Shown here: one piece after another, positions 1-10,311 of the stretch
Layout: each line of letters begins with the position of its first letter
Numbering within the stretch: position 1 is the first letter of the stretch
From: Halieaceae bacterium
GTDB lineage: Bacteria > Pseudomonadota > Gammaproteobacteria > Pseudomonadales > Halieaceae
NCBI GenBank assembly: GCA_016744355.1
Contig: JADGEN010000003.1
Span: 6,385-70,384 of the forward strand
Length of the DNA stretch: 64,000 nt
Direction of reading: 5' to 3'
The notes under the pieces: generated by a model
The model's input: only the letters and a program-made list of their open reading frames with translations
Told to the model about the DNA's origin: nothing
Database searches by the model: none
Made by a program: the position numbers and the translations under genes

Positions 1-136
1 AGCAGAAAGCAGCGGTGATTCGGGCAGAGTAATATTTTTAGAAGCGTTAACGTGGACTAGGATTAGTGGCCGATACCGACTATATTGCGCGTTCAGGCGT
101 GTTTACCAACAACCAATTCAGCTGGAACAGAGAACT

Positions 137-850
137 ATGGGCAGAGCGTATCAGAATCGAAAAGAGTCAATGGCCAAAACCTCTGACGCAAAGGCGAGGG
201 TGTACAGCAAATACGCACGCGAAATATATGTGTCGGCCAAGTCCGGAGGGCTTGACCCGGCAGGCAATCTTTCGCTACGCAGCATCATCGATCGCGCGAA
301 GAAGGACCAAGTGCCAGCACACGTTATTGAGAAAGCTATTGCCAAGGCCAAGGGCGGCGGTGATGAAGACTTCTCTACGGCGCGCTATGAGGGCTTTGGG
401 CCAGGCGGCTGTATGGTGATTGTCGACTGTCTTACAGACAATCCAAACCGCACGTTTGGAGATGTGCGACAGTGCTTCACAAAGTCCAAATGTAAAATTG
501 GCGCGCAGGGCAGCGTTAGCCATATGTTTGACCACAGTGCTATTTTTGTATTTGCAGGGGATAACGAAGACGCCGTGCTTGAGGCTCTAATGGAAGCCGA
601 TGTGGACGTCAGCGATATAGAGAGTGAAGACGGCAGTATTACGGTGTTTGCTCCTCACACAGAGTACTTCAAAGCCAAGCAGGCAATTGAAGACACATTT
701 GGTGATACAGATTTTGAAGTCAACGAAATCCAGTTTATTCCCCAGGCGCCTGCCCCTCTAGGTGATGAAGATCAGGCGGCCCTGGACAAATTTATCGACA
801 TGTTGGAATATCTGGAAGATGTGCAAAACGTCTATCACAATGTAGGCTGA
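137..850 (+). CDS. YebC/PmpR (TACO1) family transcriptional regulator
   Basis: 237-aa ORF. The N-terminus [31 protein letters not shown] and the stretch [22 protein letters not shown] are conserved YebC-family regions, and the length is typical. Confidence 0.9.
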   Translation: MGRAYQNRKESMAKTSDAKARVYSKYAREIYVSAKSGGLDPAGNLSLRSIIDRAKKDQVPAHVIEKAIAKAKGGGDEDFSTARYEGFGPGGCMVIVDCLTDNPNRTFGDVRQCFTKSKCKIGAQGSVSHMFDHSAIFVFAGDNEDAVLEALMEADVDVSDIESEDGSITVFAPHTEYFKAKQAIEDTFGDTDFEVNEIQFIPQAPAPLGDEDQAALDKFIDMLEYLEDVQNVYHNVG

Positions 851-856
851 TTGCCG

Positions 857-1222
857 CTAGGGGCGTATTGAAGAGAGAACGTCTGTGCCCCAGCCGATAA
901 GCTTGTCATCTTTGAATACCAGCGGCGTAGTTTCATCTTTAGTTGTCGACCCGTCTGACTCAGTTTGGTGTGTGCGATAGAACAGCACATTGTATTGCTG
1001 TTCATCTTTGAGGAATGCCTCTGAGAAATTTGGCGTGCCCATGCGGTTGAGAACATTTGCCCGCTCGGTGCCTATCACCAGCTCGCTGATAATTTTGCGG
1101 TTGAGTTCCTGATCCTTTTTCCAGTCATTGTTGTCCCAGTTGTGCTCGCCATTGATGCTAATACAGCCACCCAGTGCGGCCAGTAAGAGTGCGACGAGAG
1201 TAATGCGTCCAAATTTTTTCAT
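857..1222 (-). CDS. small lipoprotein, DUF3192-like, function unknown
   Basis: 121-aa ORF with a signal peptide and lipobox (MKKFGRITLVALLLAALGGC). The overall pattern resembles DUF3192 lipoproteins from memory only. Confidence 0.6.
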   Translation of the reverse strand: MKKFGRITLVALLLAALGGCISINGEHNWDNNDWKKDQELNRKIISELVIGTERANVLNRMGTPNFSEAFLKDEQQYNVLFYRTHQTESDGSTTKDETTPLVFKDDKLIGWGTDVLSSIRP

Positions 1223-1358
1223 CCTAGAATCCTTGTAGTGAGATAAGGTGCCCTATGAGAGCAAGGTAGTAGTTTTCGTTTGGTGTTATATAGCACTATA
1301 TCACCAAAGGTGATCTTTACAAGAACCTATTTGAATATTTGGCTGATCAGAGGCGTGA

Positions 1359-2294
1359 CTAAGAGCTGTGGTTGCTGCGGGAGCCGTGTTTCTTTTTCTT
1401 TCTCAGCGCATCTTTCTCCGCTCTTTCACGCAGCTTTCGAGCTACCACTAGCTCTTCCACTACGACCATGGCCGGGGTTTCCAGGGAAATTCTACCCAGC
1501 AAGCCAGCGCGAAACTCGTTTACTAGTATGGACGAGACCTTTTCGTAATCGACCCGTCCGCCGCCGCGAAGACATCCGCGCTTGGCGCCCAGCGCTTCCA
1601 GGAACTGGATGTCCGTGGCGGGGAGTGAGTCGAATTCATATCGGTCTTTAAGAGCTTGCGGGTAGTGCTGCAGAAGATACTCGCTTAAATACATAGCGAT
1701 GTCTTCGACTTCTATCGCCGTGTCTTTTATGGAGCCTGCAGCAGCTAGACGATAACCGCTGTTCTCATTATGAATTTTGGGCCAGAGAATTCCAGGCGTG
1801 TCGAGGAACATAATACCGTCGGCTATCTTGATTTTCTGCAGCCCCTTGGTAATGGCTGGTTCGTCGCCGGTTTTGGCGACCTTGCGTCCGGCCACGGCAT
1901 TGATGAGCGTTGATTTTCCTACATTGGGAATACCAGTGATCATGGCCAGTATGTTGAACTTGGCCTTAGAGGTACTGGGAACTAATTTGTGGCAAAGCTG
2001 CAGCAGCTTTTGTGCTTTGTCTCCCTGCTCCAGGGTAGTGAGCAGAGTTTTCACCGAGTCGTTTTTTTCGAAGTAGGTTTGCCACTGCGCCGTTATCTCG
2101 GGGTCAGCCAGGTCAGATTTGCTCAGGACTTTGATGGTTGGCTTGTTTTGTGTAAATTTGGCGATGGAGGGGTTTTGGCTACTGAAGGGTAGGCGACAGT
2201 CCAGCAGTTCGATAACCAGGTCGACATCCGGCAAAACCTTGGTCATATCCTTGTTGGCCTTGTGCATGTGGCCGGGGTACCAGTTAATTGCCAT
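1359..2294 (-). CDS. rbgA: ribosome biogenesis GTPase YlqF/RbgA
   Basis: N-terminus MAINWYPGHMHKA. The circularly permuted GTPase motif order is present (KSDL ... GIPNVGKSTLIN ... DTPGILWP). Confidence 0.9.
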   Translation of the reverse strand: MAINWYPGHMHKANKDMTKVLPDVDLVIELLDCRLPFSSQNPSIAKFTQNKPTIKVLSKSDLADPEITAQWQTYFEKNDSVKTLLTTLEQGDKAQKLLQLCHKLVPSTSKAKFNILAMITGIPNVGKSTLINAVAGRKVAKTGDEPAITKGLQKIKIADGIMFLDTPGILWPKIHNENSGYRLAAAGSIKDTAIEVEDIAMYLSEYLLQHYPQALKDRYEFDSLPATDIQFLEALGAKRGCLRGGGRVDYEKVSSILVNEFRAGLLGRISLETPAMVVVEELVVARKLRERAEKDALRKKKKHGSRSNHSS

Positions 2295-2335
2295 GAATAG
2301 TTGCCAGAGAAAACGTGAGTAATGCTATTGTGAGG

Positions 2336-3565
2336 CTATAAGTGCTTGTTGAACAGCTTTTCCAATGTGCCATCGCCAGAACGGGTGTTCAACCATGTGT
2401 CCACATACATTTTCCAGACAATATCCTGCGGTAATAAATATCCTTTCTCGGAATAGGTGAGGGTTTGCTCCCCCATCGCGGCACAGAGCTGGTGATGCCG
2501 CTTGGTTTGTAATTCAATTTCTATTTTGTCAGTGAACATGACATCGGCTTTATCGTTGATAATCTCATTAAAAATGCTGCGATTGTCGTCGTGAACCGCA
2601 ATGCTGGCCTTGTGAATATTGGCATCGGTAAATTTCTGGTTGGTACCCCCGGGGTTTACGATGACCCTCGTATCGCTTTGGTCGATATCTCCCAGTGAGC
2701 GAAATTTACTGTTGTCTGCACAGCGTATCAGGGGGGCTTTGCCTCCGCGCCGGTAGGCATTGGAGAAAAAAGCTGTTTGTTGTCGCGTGAGGTTAATGGA
2801 GATACCGCTCATGCCGATGTCATAGCGTCCACTGTGAAGGTCGTTCATCAGCGTAGGCCAGCTGGTGTGTACCCACTGAATTTCTACTCCCAGCGTTTGG
2901 GCGAGATCTTTAGCCAGGTCTATATCGATACCGCTCCACTGCGCAGAGTTATCGCTGGAATCCGGGAGGAACGAGAATGGGGCGTAGTCGCCGGTGGTTC
3001 CGACTCTCAGTACGCCACTATCAAGCACCTGGACAAGTTGGTTGGGGTAGGTGGTGACCGCTCTGGCGGCGGCGTCCAGCTGGTTTGCCATGGCGTTACT
3101 CAGGCCCTCAACGTTTAGGCCGGCAAGGGTTGTTTCTCCGCTTGCAAGAGCCGCAGTTATAGCTTCGCCCAAACTCAGCAGAGCCGGGCGTATCTCACGT
3201 TCCAGACTCGCCGTGTTCTCGGGAACGCTGTTGGGGTGGCTGTGCCATTGCTGAAACCAGTGGCGCTGGATTTCCTTGGCTGCAGAAATTTGTATAGCAA
3301 AGAAATGAACGCTGCTGTCCTTGGTCAGACCAAAGCGGAAACCCTGTGATTGCGCTGCGTTGAGCACCACTGCTTCGCGTTCAATATTTTCTATCGCCAG
3401 TTTGTGCTGCCATTTGTAGGCGGCTACGTCTTTCATGTAGCCCAGTCGCTGTTCAACCAGTTGCGTCAGGTCTTTGGCCGACGCACTGAGGGCCAGTAGA
3501 AAAGTGGAAAGTACAAGTAGTGATTTGGGTAGCAACTGATATTGCTGGATAAGACCAGAACGCAT
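2336..3565 (-). CDS. secreted fusion: AroQ-gamma-type chorismate mutase + cyclohexadienyl (prephenate/arogenate) dehydratase-like PBP domain
   Basis: 409 aa with a signal peptide (LLVLSTFLLALSASA). The N-terminal half (LVEQRLGYMKDVAAYKWQHKLAIENIEREAVVL) resembles periplasmic chorismate mutase. The C-terminal half (LRVGTTGDYAPFSF, GRYDIGMSGISI) resembles the PheC/type-3 solute-binding fold. Confidence 0.75.
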   Translation of the reverse strand: MRSGLIQQYQLLPKSLLVLSTFLLALSASAKDLTQLVEQRLGYMKDVAAYKWQHKLAIENIEREAVVLNAAQSQGFRFGLTKDSSVHFFAIQISAAKEIQRHWFQQWHSHPNSVPENTASLEREIRPALLSLGEAITAALASGETTLAGLNVEGLSNAMANQLDAAARAVTTYPNQLVQVLDSGVLRVGTTGDYAPFSFLPDSSDNSAQWSGIDIDLAKDLAQTLGVEIQWVHTSWPTLMNDLHSGRYDIGMSGISINLTRQQTAFFSNAYRRGGKAPLIRCADNSKFRSLGDIDQSDTRVIVNPGGTNQKFTDANIHKASIAVHDDNRSIFNEIINDKADVMFTDKIEIELQTKRHHQLCAAMGEQTLTYSEKGYLLPQDIVWKMYVDTWLNTRSGDGTLEKLFNKHL

Positions 3566-3718
3566 TTTTTATGCCTGAGGGTGGACAATCGAATCGTCGA
3601 TCGAATATATCACTGTATCGAGCATTTCACAGCTAAGCTGACGGTTCTATAGTGGTGCTGCCCAACTATCTGCCCTATAGTGGGTCTCCAAATAAAACAC
3701 GGTAAGTAGGGTGTAGTT

Positions 3719-4633
3719 ATGCGAATAGGGGTTATGGCTGGGGCGACGGCTGCGTCGGGGAATACACTGCGAGCAATTGTAGATTACGCCAAAATGGCGG
3801 AGCAGCGCGGTTTTGATTCCGTTTGGTTGGCAAATATATTTGGCATTGATGCCGTTGCTGCCTGCGGTATTGCCGGCTGGGAAACCAGCCGCATTGAGTT
3901 TGGCACCGCGGTCACGCCCACATTTCCCCGTCATCCCACAGCGCTGGCCCAGCAAGCTGTGACCACCAGTGTGGCCTGCGAAGGCCGATTTACCCTGGGT
4001 ATTGGTCTGTCTCACAAGCTGGTTATCGAAGATATGCTGGGCATGTCCTACGACAAGCCTGCCGCACACATGAAAGAGTACCTACAGGTTATCGCGCCGC
4101 TACTGAAGGGTGAGGCTGTAGATTTTTCGGGCGAGCAGTATAAGGTCAAAGCCGCCCTGGATATTGCTGAGTCTACGCCGGTACCACTGATAATAGCGGC
4201 ATTGGGACCAGTCATGTTGAAGCTCGCTGGCACCTACACCGACGGCACAACCACATGGATGACCGGGCCAAAAACAATTGAGAACCACATTGTTCCAGCA
4301 ATTTCTGCCGCCGCAAGCGAAGCTGGCAGAGCGGCACCACGAATTGTTTGTGGCTTGCCCATTGTGGTGACCCGGGATGTGGAAGCGGCGCGTGAGAAGA
4401 TTGCAAAAGACCTGGCTATTTACGGCATGCTGCCCTCCTATAGGGCCATGCTGGACCGCGAAGGTGTTGCAGGCCCTGCCGAGCTTTCAATAGTGGGTGA
4501 TGAGACTGTGGTGCGTTCTGAAATCCAGCGCCTGCGCGATGCGGGTGTGACCGATTTTAACGCGGCAGTTGTTCCTGTGGAGGAGGGCAGTGTTGAATCG
4601 ACCCTGGACCTGCTGCAAAGTGAATTAGGCTGA
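3719..4633 (+). CDS. LLM-class (luciferase-like) flavin/F420-type oxidoreductase
   Basis: 304 aa. The pattern MRIGV...AEQRGFDSVWLANIFGIDA...FTLGIGLSH...IIAALGPVMLKLAG is typical of the luciferase-like monooxygenase superfamily. Confidence 0.8.
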   Translation: MRIGVMAGATAASGNTLRAIVDYAKMAEQRGFDSVWLANIFGIDAVAACGIAGWETSRIEFGTAVTPTFPRHPTALAQQAVTTSVACEGRFTLGIGLSHKLVIEDMLGMSYDKPAAHMKEYLQVIAPLLKGEAVDFSGEQYKVKAALDIAESTPVPLIIAALGPVMLKLAGTYTDGTTTWMTGPKTIENHIVPAISAAASEAGRAAPRIVCGLPIVVTRDVEAAREKIAKDLAIYGMLPSYRAMLDREGVAGPAELSIVGDETVVRSEIQRLRDAGVTDFNAAVVPVEEGSVESTLDLLQSELG

Positions 4634-4673
4634 TAGAAACGGTTTTTCGAGGTTGCCAAGTCAGGATAAGGCT

Positions 4674-4934
4674 ATGAAAAAGATACACAACGAAGCCGAA
4701 TTGGTGGTTGAGGCGCTACGGGTAGGCGCCATTTACGCCAAGAGTCGTGGGGTTGGCGAGTTTGAGGCCACCGATTCAGCCGGAGACAAAATAACGTTTT
4801 TGTACCGGCTGTTGGTGCGGGATAAACTGATACAACCGCTTGCCAGAGGTCAGGAAAATGCGCCCAGCATGAAGCATAAGCTGGCTTTGTGGATGTCACG
4901 GCAGCTTCCCCCGGAACATCCGTTGTTAAAATAG
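4674..4934 (+). CDS. hypothetical protein (86 aa)
   Basis: An ATG at 4674 is preceded by AGGATAAGG. No family was recognised. It sits in a gap not explained by any other gene. Confidence 0.35.
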   Translation: MKKIHNEAELVVEALRVGAIYAKSRGVGEFEATDSAGDKITFLYRLLVRDKLIQPLARGQENAPSMKHKLALWMSRQLPPEHPLLK

Positions 4935-4947
4935 GGTCGTATTGCCA

Positions 4948-5382
4948 CTAGCCATTATTGTGCTGCAAGATGGCCATGGTTATGCGTGAGACACACACTT
5001 TACGCTGTTGTTCATCTACGATATTTATCTCCCACACGTGAGTGCTACGGCCCATATGAATGGGCGTGGCCACGCCGGTGACAACACCTGAGCGCACCGC
5101 GCGAATATGGTTGGCGTTGATGTCCAGGCCCACACAGTATTCCCTAGACAAATCCAGACACATGGAGGTGGCCGAACTACCCAGCGTTTCAGCCAATACC
5201 ACCGAGGCTCCCCCGTGGAGAATACCCATAGGCTGGTGAGTGCGGTGGTCCACTGGCATGGTGCCCTTGAGGTAATCATCGCCGCGTTCGGTGAACTCTA
5301 TGCCCAAAAATCCCATAATCGTTGTGTCTTTATCGCGTAAATTAATTTCAGCCAGATCCTGGCTGTTTTTCCAGATTGTCAT
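4948..5382 (-). CDS. PaaI/YbdB-type hotdog-fold thioesterase
   Basis: The motif GILHGGASVVLAETLGS and the context (LGIEF...G.MPVD.R..QP) are typical of PaaI/MenI/EntH thioesterases. I chose the internal ATG at 5382 (MTIWKN) because the upstream 43 codons look non-coding. Confidence 0.8.
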   Translation of the reverse strand: MTIWKNSQDLAEINLRDKDTTIMGFLGIEFTERGDDYLKGTMPVDHRTHQPMGILHGGASVVLAETLGSSATSMCLDLSREYCVGLDINANHIRAVRSGVVTGVATPIHMGRSTHVWEINIVDEQQRKVCVSRITMAILQHNNG

Positions 5383-5534
5383 AGTTGTCTCGCAGTGTGT
5401 CAGGGGAGGAGTAAAATCAGGGCGATATAATAGGGTAAACCCTCTGAGGATGAAACTTTCTCTTAGGTGCAGTAAACTGTCGCGCCTTTGTGACCTTAAA
5501 TTCAACAACAAAAAATCAACGCAGGAAACCCCGT

Positions 5535-6644
5535 ATGAAAAACTACAAAATCGCGCTGTTGGCGGGAGATGGTATTGGCCCGGAAATTATGGCAGAGGCC
5601 GTCAAAATCTTTAAGCTGGTTGAGCAGCGCAACGATGTCAGCTTCGAACTGATTCCCGCCGAATTTGGCGCCGGAGCCTATTTTAAGTGCGGCCATCCAT
5701 TCCCCGAAGAGACTAAAGCGATCTGTGATGAGGCAGATGCCATCATCAAAGGCCCCATAGGCCTGAGCCACGAAGAGTCCAAAAAAATCCCGGTAGACAT
5801 GCAGGCAGAGCGCGCGGCGTTGTTGCCCCTGCGCAGACGTTACAATACCTTTGCCAATTTCCGACCCGTTTTCCTGCCTAAGTCCTTAGGCCATTTTTCT
5901 CCCTTGAAGCCTGAAATTATCGGCGAGGGTATCGATCTGGTCATGGTGCGCGAGCTGGTGGGTGGTCTTTACTTCGGCGAGAAGGAAGTGGGTGTTAACG
6001 AGCAGGGTTTACGCTATGTGAAGGAGACTCTGGAATACGACGAAGCGCAAATTCGGCGCATCATGCATGAGGCCCTGAAGCTGTGCATGCGCCGCAAAAA
6101 GGTTCTTCACAATATTCACAAGAGTAATGTACTGAAGTCCAGTGTGCTGTGGAATGAGGTGCTTGAAGAAGTTGCCGTGGAGTATCCGGAAGTTGAAATT
6201 AAGCACATTCTGGTTGACGCTGCTGCAACCCTGTTGTGTCTCAATCCCTGCCAGTTTGATGTAATGGTTATGGAGAATATGTTTGGTGATATTCTCAGCG
6301 ACCAGGGTGGTGGAATTTTGGGTTCGCTGGGCTTAATGCCATCATCGTGCAAGGGCCCCGAAAAAAGCTACTACGAGCCTTCCCACGGTTCTGCGCCCGA
6401 TATCGCCGGTCAGAATATAGCCAATCCCTATTCCATGATTGGTTCGGTTGCGATGATGCTGGAAGATAGTTTCGATATGCCCGAAGAGTCGCGCAATGTA
6501 TGGAATGCTATGCAGAGTGTTTTTGCCGATGGTTACTCAACGGCTGACTTATCGAAACCCGGTAGCGATGTGAAAATGATTAACACCGATGCCTTTGGCG
6601 ACAAGGTGGTGGAAGCGTTAAGTGCCATGCCTACGGTGGGTTAA
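5535..6644 (+). CDS. 3-isopropylmalate dehydrogenase family (LeuB-like, divergent) beta-decarboxylating dehydrogenase
   Basis: Family motifs are present: LLAGDGIGPEIM, LVGGLYFGE, NVLKSSVLW, FDVMVMENMFGDILSD and YEPSHGSAPDIAGQNIANP. Start set at the ATG at 5535 (MKNYKIALL). Confidence 0.85.
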   Translation: MKNYKIALLAGDGIGPEIMAEAVKIFKLVEQRNDVSFELIPAEFGAGAYFKCGHPFPEETKAICDEADAIIKGPIGLSHEESKKIPVDMQAERAALLPLRRRYNTFANFRPVFLPKSLGHFSPLKPEIIGEGIDLVMVRELVGGLYFGEKEVGVNEQGLRYVKETLEYDEAQIRRIMHEALKLCMRRKKVLHNIHKSNVLKSSVLWNEVLEEVAVEYPEVEIKHILVDAAATLLCLNPCQFDVMVMENMFGDILSDQGGGILGSLGLMPSSCKGPEKSYYEPSHGSAPDIAGQNIANPYSMIGSVAMMLEDSFDMPEESRNVWNAMQSVFADGYSTADLSKPGSDVKMINTDAFGDKVVEALSAMPTVG

Positions 6645-6660
6645 GCACTTTTGGTGGGGC

Positions 6661-8253
6661 CTAGCCGGCCTCACCAATTCTCCCTAACTGGGATAAAACA
6701 CTTTCGCCACTGACGCGTTCGTGTAGTTGCAAATTGATGATACGCAGTGTGGCTAGGATGGCCGCAAACACCTGATTGGAATGTACGCCGCGGGTTTTGA
6801 ATTCCTGTTCGCCGCAATCCCAGGTGATAACACATTGCGTGAGCGCATCGGTGTGTCCGCCTTTGGGGATGCGCACTTCATAATCCAGCAAAGTCGGTAA
6901 GGTGTAGTTCTTTGCTTCCATCACTTTTTCTATGGCGACAATAAACGCGTCGAAGCCACCGTTACCCGCACCGGATGCCTGGTGAATATCACCGTCTATA
7001 TCTACCCTGATGCTAACAGTTGATTCCAGATCTAGCCCGCTGGTTACCGAACAGTTAAGCAGCTTTATGTGATGGTAGCTTTTGCTTTCGAGTACCTCTG
7101 CAATGATGAAGGGAAGATCGTCTGCGGTGATGAGCTCTTTGGAGTCTCCCAGCTTTACAATTCTCGCCAGTACTTTTTGTTGATCTTCTTCCGACAGGCT
7201 AAGGCGCAGTGACTCGAGGTTTTTAGCCAGCGATGCTTTGCCACTCATTTTTCCCAAGGCGTAGCTGCGGGTGCGAGCAAAGCGTTCGGGGCTGAGCTTT
7301 GTTTCATACAGCCCGCCTTTCTGGTCGCCATCGGCATGGATGCCAGCGGTTTGGGTAAATACATCAGCGCCGACAATAGGTGAGTTGGCAGGCACACGTT
7401 TGCCTGAGAATGATTCGACCATGTTGCTCAGGTGCACGATATAGCTTTCGTCGATTGAGATATCCATGCCCATCTTATCGCGCAGCACGACACTGATCTC
7501 TGGCAGGGAGGCATTGCCCGCACGTTCACCCAGGCAGTTAATGGTGCAATGTACAGAGCTCACACCGGCGCGCACGGCGGCCATAACATTGGCCGTCGCA
7601 AGTCCATAGTCATTGTGTGGGTGGAAATCGAACTGCTGCTGCGGGTAGCGTTCACACATGTCGTGAAGACTATCAAAGACTTCCTCGGGTGACATGACGC
7701 CCAGTGTGTCGGGCAGCATAAAATGCGCAATGCCACAGTCTTTCAGTTGGTCCATCATTTCAAACACATAGTCGCGGCTGTCGCGATAGCCGTTGGACCA
7801 GTCTTCCAGGTAGGCGTTTACCGTTAGGCCTTTTTCTTTTGCGTAGGCAACGGTTTGCAGGATTTCTGCCACGTGTTGGTCCAACGATTTGCCCAGCTGC
7901 TCACGGCAGTGCTTCTCGCTGCCCTTGGTGAGCAGGTTGATGACCTGACCGCCAGTTTGCAAAATCCAGTCGACGCTCTTTTTATGGTCGACGAAACCCA
8001 GCACTTCAATCCTGTCTCCCAGGCCGTGTTCCTGCGCCCATTGATTGATGTTGGCCACCGCCTCTAGTTCACCCTGGGAAACCCGTGCCGAGGCCACTTC
8101 GATGCGATCAACTTTCAGTAGTTGCAGCAGTGATCGGGCAATATTGACTTTCTCGGCAGGCGAAAAGGATACGCCCTGGGTTTGTTCGCCGTCGCGCAGG
8201 GTTGTATCCATTAATTGGATCTGGCGGGTGGGCAGGGCGGCAGTGGGGTTCAT
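6661..8253 (-). CDS. cimA: CimA-type (R)-citramalate synthase / 2-isopropylmalate synthase family enzyme
   Basis: Motifs: LMDTTLRDGEQTQGVSFS, VDRIEVASARVSQGELEAV, LLTKGS, YLEDWSNG, LPDTLGV, HPHNDYGLA, FTQTAGIHADGDQKGGLY, plus a C-terminal LeuA-dimer/regulatory domain (YEVRIPKGGHTDAL). From memory it matches Leptospira CimA better than E. coli LeuA. The ATG at 8253 overlaps the leuD stop as ATGA. Confidence 0.75.
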   Translation of the reverse strand: MNPTAALPTRQIQLMDTTLRDGEQTQGVSFSPAEKVNIARSLLQLLKVDRIEVASARVSQGELEAVANINQWAQEHGLGDRIEVLGFVDHKKSVDWILQTGGQVINLLTKGSEKHCREQLGKSLDQHVAEILQTVAYAKEKGLTVNAYLEDWSNGYRDSRDYVFEMMDQLKDCGIAHFMLPDTLGVMSPEEVFDSLHDMCERYPQQQFDFHPHNDYGLATANVMAAVRAGVSSVHCTINCLGERAGNASLPEISVVLRDKMGMDISIDESYIVHLSNMVESFSGKRVPANSPIVGADVFTQTAGIHADGDQKGGLYETKLSPERFARTRSYALGKMSGKASLAKNLESLRLSLSEEDQQKVLARIVKLGDSKELITADDLPFIIAEVLESKSYHHIKLLNCSVTSGLDLESTVSIRVDIDGDIHQASGAGNGGFDAFIVAIEKVMEAKNYTLPTLLDYEVRIPKGGHTDALTQCVITWDCGEQEFKTRGVHSNQVFAAILATLRIINLQLHERVSGESVLSQLGRIGEAG

Positions 8254-8867
8254 GCGTTCCGCCACAGCCAGGGCATGCTCTGCTTCTGATTGCTTTCGAA
8301 GGTAGAGATTTTATCTTCGTGCACCAGAGTGAGGCCAATGTCATCCAGGCCATTGATCATGTTGTGCTTGCGGAAAGGTTCAATGTCAAAGCTGAAGCCG
8401 TTACCCGCAGGGGTTGTGACGGTCTGGTTTTCGAGGTCCACGGTAAATGATACGCCCTCGTTGGATGCGATTTCATTCATCAGGGCATCCAGCTTCGCGC
8501 CGTCTACAATGAGTGGCAGAATGCTATTTTTAAAGCAGTTGTTGTAGAAAATGTCGGCGAAGCTGGTGGATATAATGGTGTTGAAACCATAATCGGCAAT
8601 GGCCCAGGGTGCGTGCTCGCGGGATGAACCGCAGCCGAAGTTGTCGCCGGTAACCAGTATCTTTGCTCCTTTGAAGGCAGGCTTATTCAGTTCGAAGGTA
8701 ATATCGTCACTGCCATCGGGGTTAAAACGCCAGTCGTGAAACAGATGGGCACCAAATCCGGTGCGTTCAACTTTCTTCAGAAACTGCTTGGGCACTATCT
8801 GGTCGGTGTCAACGTTATTGCGATTCATTAGCGCCGCAACGCTATTGTGATTCTTGTAGGGTTCCAT
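8250..8867 (-). CDS. leuD: 3-isopropylmalate dehydratase small subunit
   Basis: 205 aa with the motifs DTDQIVPKQFL and NFGCGSSREHAPWA. It lies directly downstream of leuC. Confidence 0.9.
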   Translation of the reverse strand: MEPYKNHNSVAALMNRNNVDTDQIVPKQFLKKVERTGFGAHLFHDWRFNPDGSDDITFELNKPAFKGAKILVTGDNFGCGSSREHAPWAIADYGFNTIISTSFADIFYNNCFKNSILPLIVDGAKLDALMNEIASNEGVSFTVDLENQTVTTPAGNGFSFDIEPFRKHNMINGLDDIGLTLVHEDKISTFESNQKQSMPWLWRNA

Positions 8868-8892
8868 GATGTGTTTCCGCTTTGTCTGTTTG

Positions 8893-10311
8893 TTAAGAGG
8901 CGTTATTGGCGCTGATGTCTACAAATTTTCCGGCTGCTGCTGCCGCAGCTGCCATTGCCGGTGAAACAAGATGGGTTCGTCCGCCTTTGCCCTGTCGGCC
9001 TTCAAAGTTCCGATTGCTGGTGGAGGCACAGCGTTGCCCCTCTTTGAGTTCATCGCCATTCATTGCGAGGCACATGGAGCAACCGGGCTCGCGCCATTCC
9101 CAGCCAGCATCGAGAAAAATCTTGTCCAGCCCTTCTTCCTCGGCCTGTACTTTTACATGGTAGGAGCCGGGTACCGCGATGGCAGTGACACCTGCAGCCA
9201 CGGTTGTGCCGCGTGCTACTTTAGCCGCTGCGCGAAAGTCCTCAATGCGCCCGTTGGTGCACGAGCCTATAAACGCGTAGTCAATTTCAATGTCGGTGAT
9301 TTGTGTGCCGCCCGCCAGGCCCATGTAATTAAGTGCGCTCTTGCAAGCCAGCGCTTTGTTGTCATCGCCAAAGCTTTCAGGCGTGGGCACAGTGCTGGTA
9401 ACGGGAGCCACTTGCTCGGGTGATGTTCCCCAGGATACCTGTGGTGCAATGTCGTTACCCTGCAATACAACGGTAGTATCAAATAATGCACCTTCATCAC
9501 TGGGTAAACTCTTCCAGTAGTTTAGTGCTGTTCCCCAGTCGGCACCTTTTGGGGCAAATTCTTTACCTTCGATATAGTCGAAGGTCTTTTGGTCCGGAGC
9601 GACCATGCCGGCGCGTGCTCCGGCTTCAATGGCCATGTTGCACAATGTCATGCGGCCTTCCATAGAGAGTGCCTGTACTGCTTCTCCGGCAAATTCAATG
9701 ACGTGACCGTTGCCACCTGCTGTGCCTATTTTACCGATTACCGCCAGAGCAATGTCCTTGGCGGTGCAGAACTCAGAGAGAGCTCCATCTACGCGCACCA
9801 TCATCGATTTGGACTTTTCCTGGGGTAGTGTCTGTGTGGCCATGACATGCTCAACTTCCGAGGTGCCAATGCCAAAAGCCAGGGCGCCAAAGGCACCGTG
9901 TGTGGCGGTATGGCTGTCACCACATACGGTAACCATGCCCGGATGTACAAAGCCGTGTTCGGGCACAACGATGTGAATTACGCCATTATTGGGGTTTTCC
10001 ATGTCGTATAAGTTGAGGCCATGGGTGGCGCAGTTGGCCATCATGGTCTCGACCTGCTTCCTGGCAATAGGGTCGGCGATAGGCTTGTCGCGATCTTTAG
10101 TGGGCACACAGTGATCCAGCGTAGCCAGAATGCTGCTCGGGTTGCGCACAGGACGATTCGCGATTTTCAGACCTTCAAAGGCCTGTGGGCTAGTCACTTC
10201 GTGCATAAGATGGCGGTCAACATAGAGTAGAGGTGCCTGACCTGGCTCGTGGTGTACCAGGTGTGCTTCCCAGATTTTTTCGTAGAGAGTTTTTGCGTTA
10301 ACGTTTGTCAT
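8893..10311 (-). CDS. leuC: 3-isopropylmalate dehydratase large subunit
   Basis: 472 aa of the aconitase family with [10 protein letters not shown]-like start, VCGDSHT, the Fe-S Cys motifs ([17 protein letters not shown]) and NRNFEGRQG. Confidence 0.95.
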   Translation of the reverse strand: MTNVNAKTLYEKIWEAHLVHHEPGQAPLLYVDRHLMHEVTSPQAFEGLKIANRPVRNPSSILATLDHCVPTKDRDKPIADPIARKQVETMMANCATHGLNLYDMENPNNGVIHIVVPEHGFVHPGMVTVCGDSHTATHGAFGALAFGIGTSEVEHVMATQTLPQEKSKSMMVRVDGALSEFCTAKDIALAVIGKIGTAGGNGHVIEFAGEAVQALSMEGRMTLCNMAIEAGARAGMVAPDQKTFDYIEGKEFAPKGADWGTALNYWKSLPSDEGALFDTTVVLQGNDIAPQVSWGTSPEQVAPVTSTVPTPESFGDDNKALACKSALNYMGLAGGTQITDIEIDYAFIGSCTNGRIEDFRAAAKVARGTTVAAGVTAIAVPGSYHVKVQAEEEGLDKIFLDAGWEWREPGCSMCLAMNGDELKEGQRCASTSNRNFEGRQGKGGRTHLVSPAMAAAAAAAGKFVDISANNAS

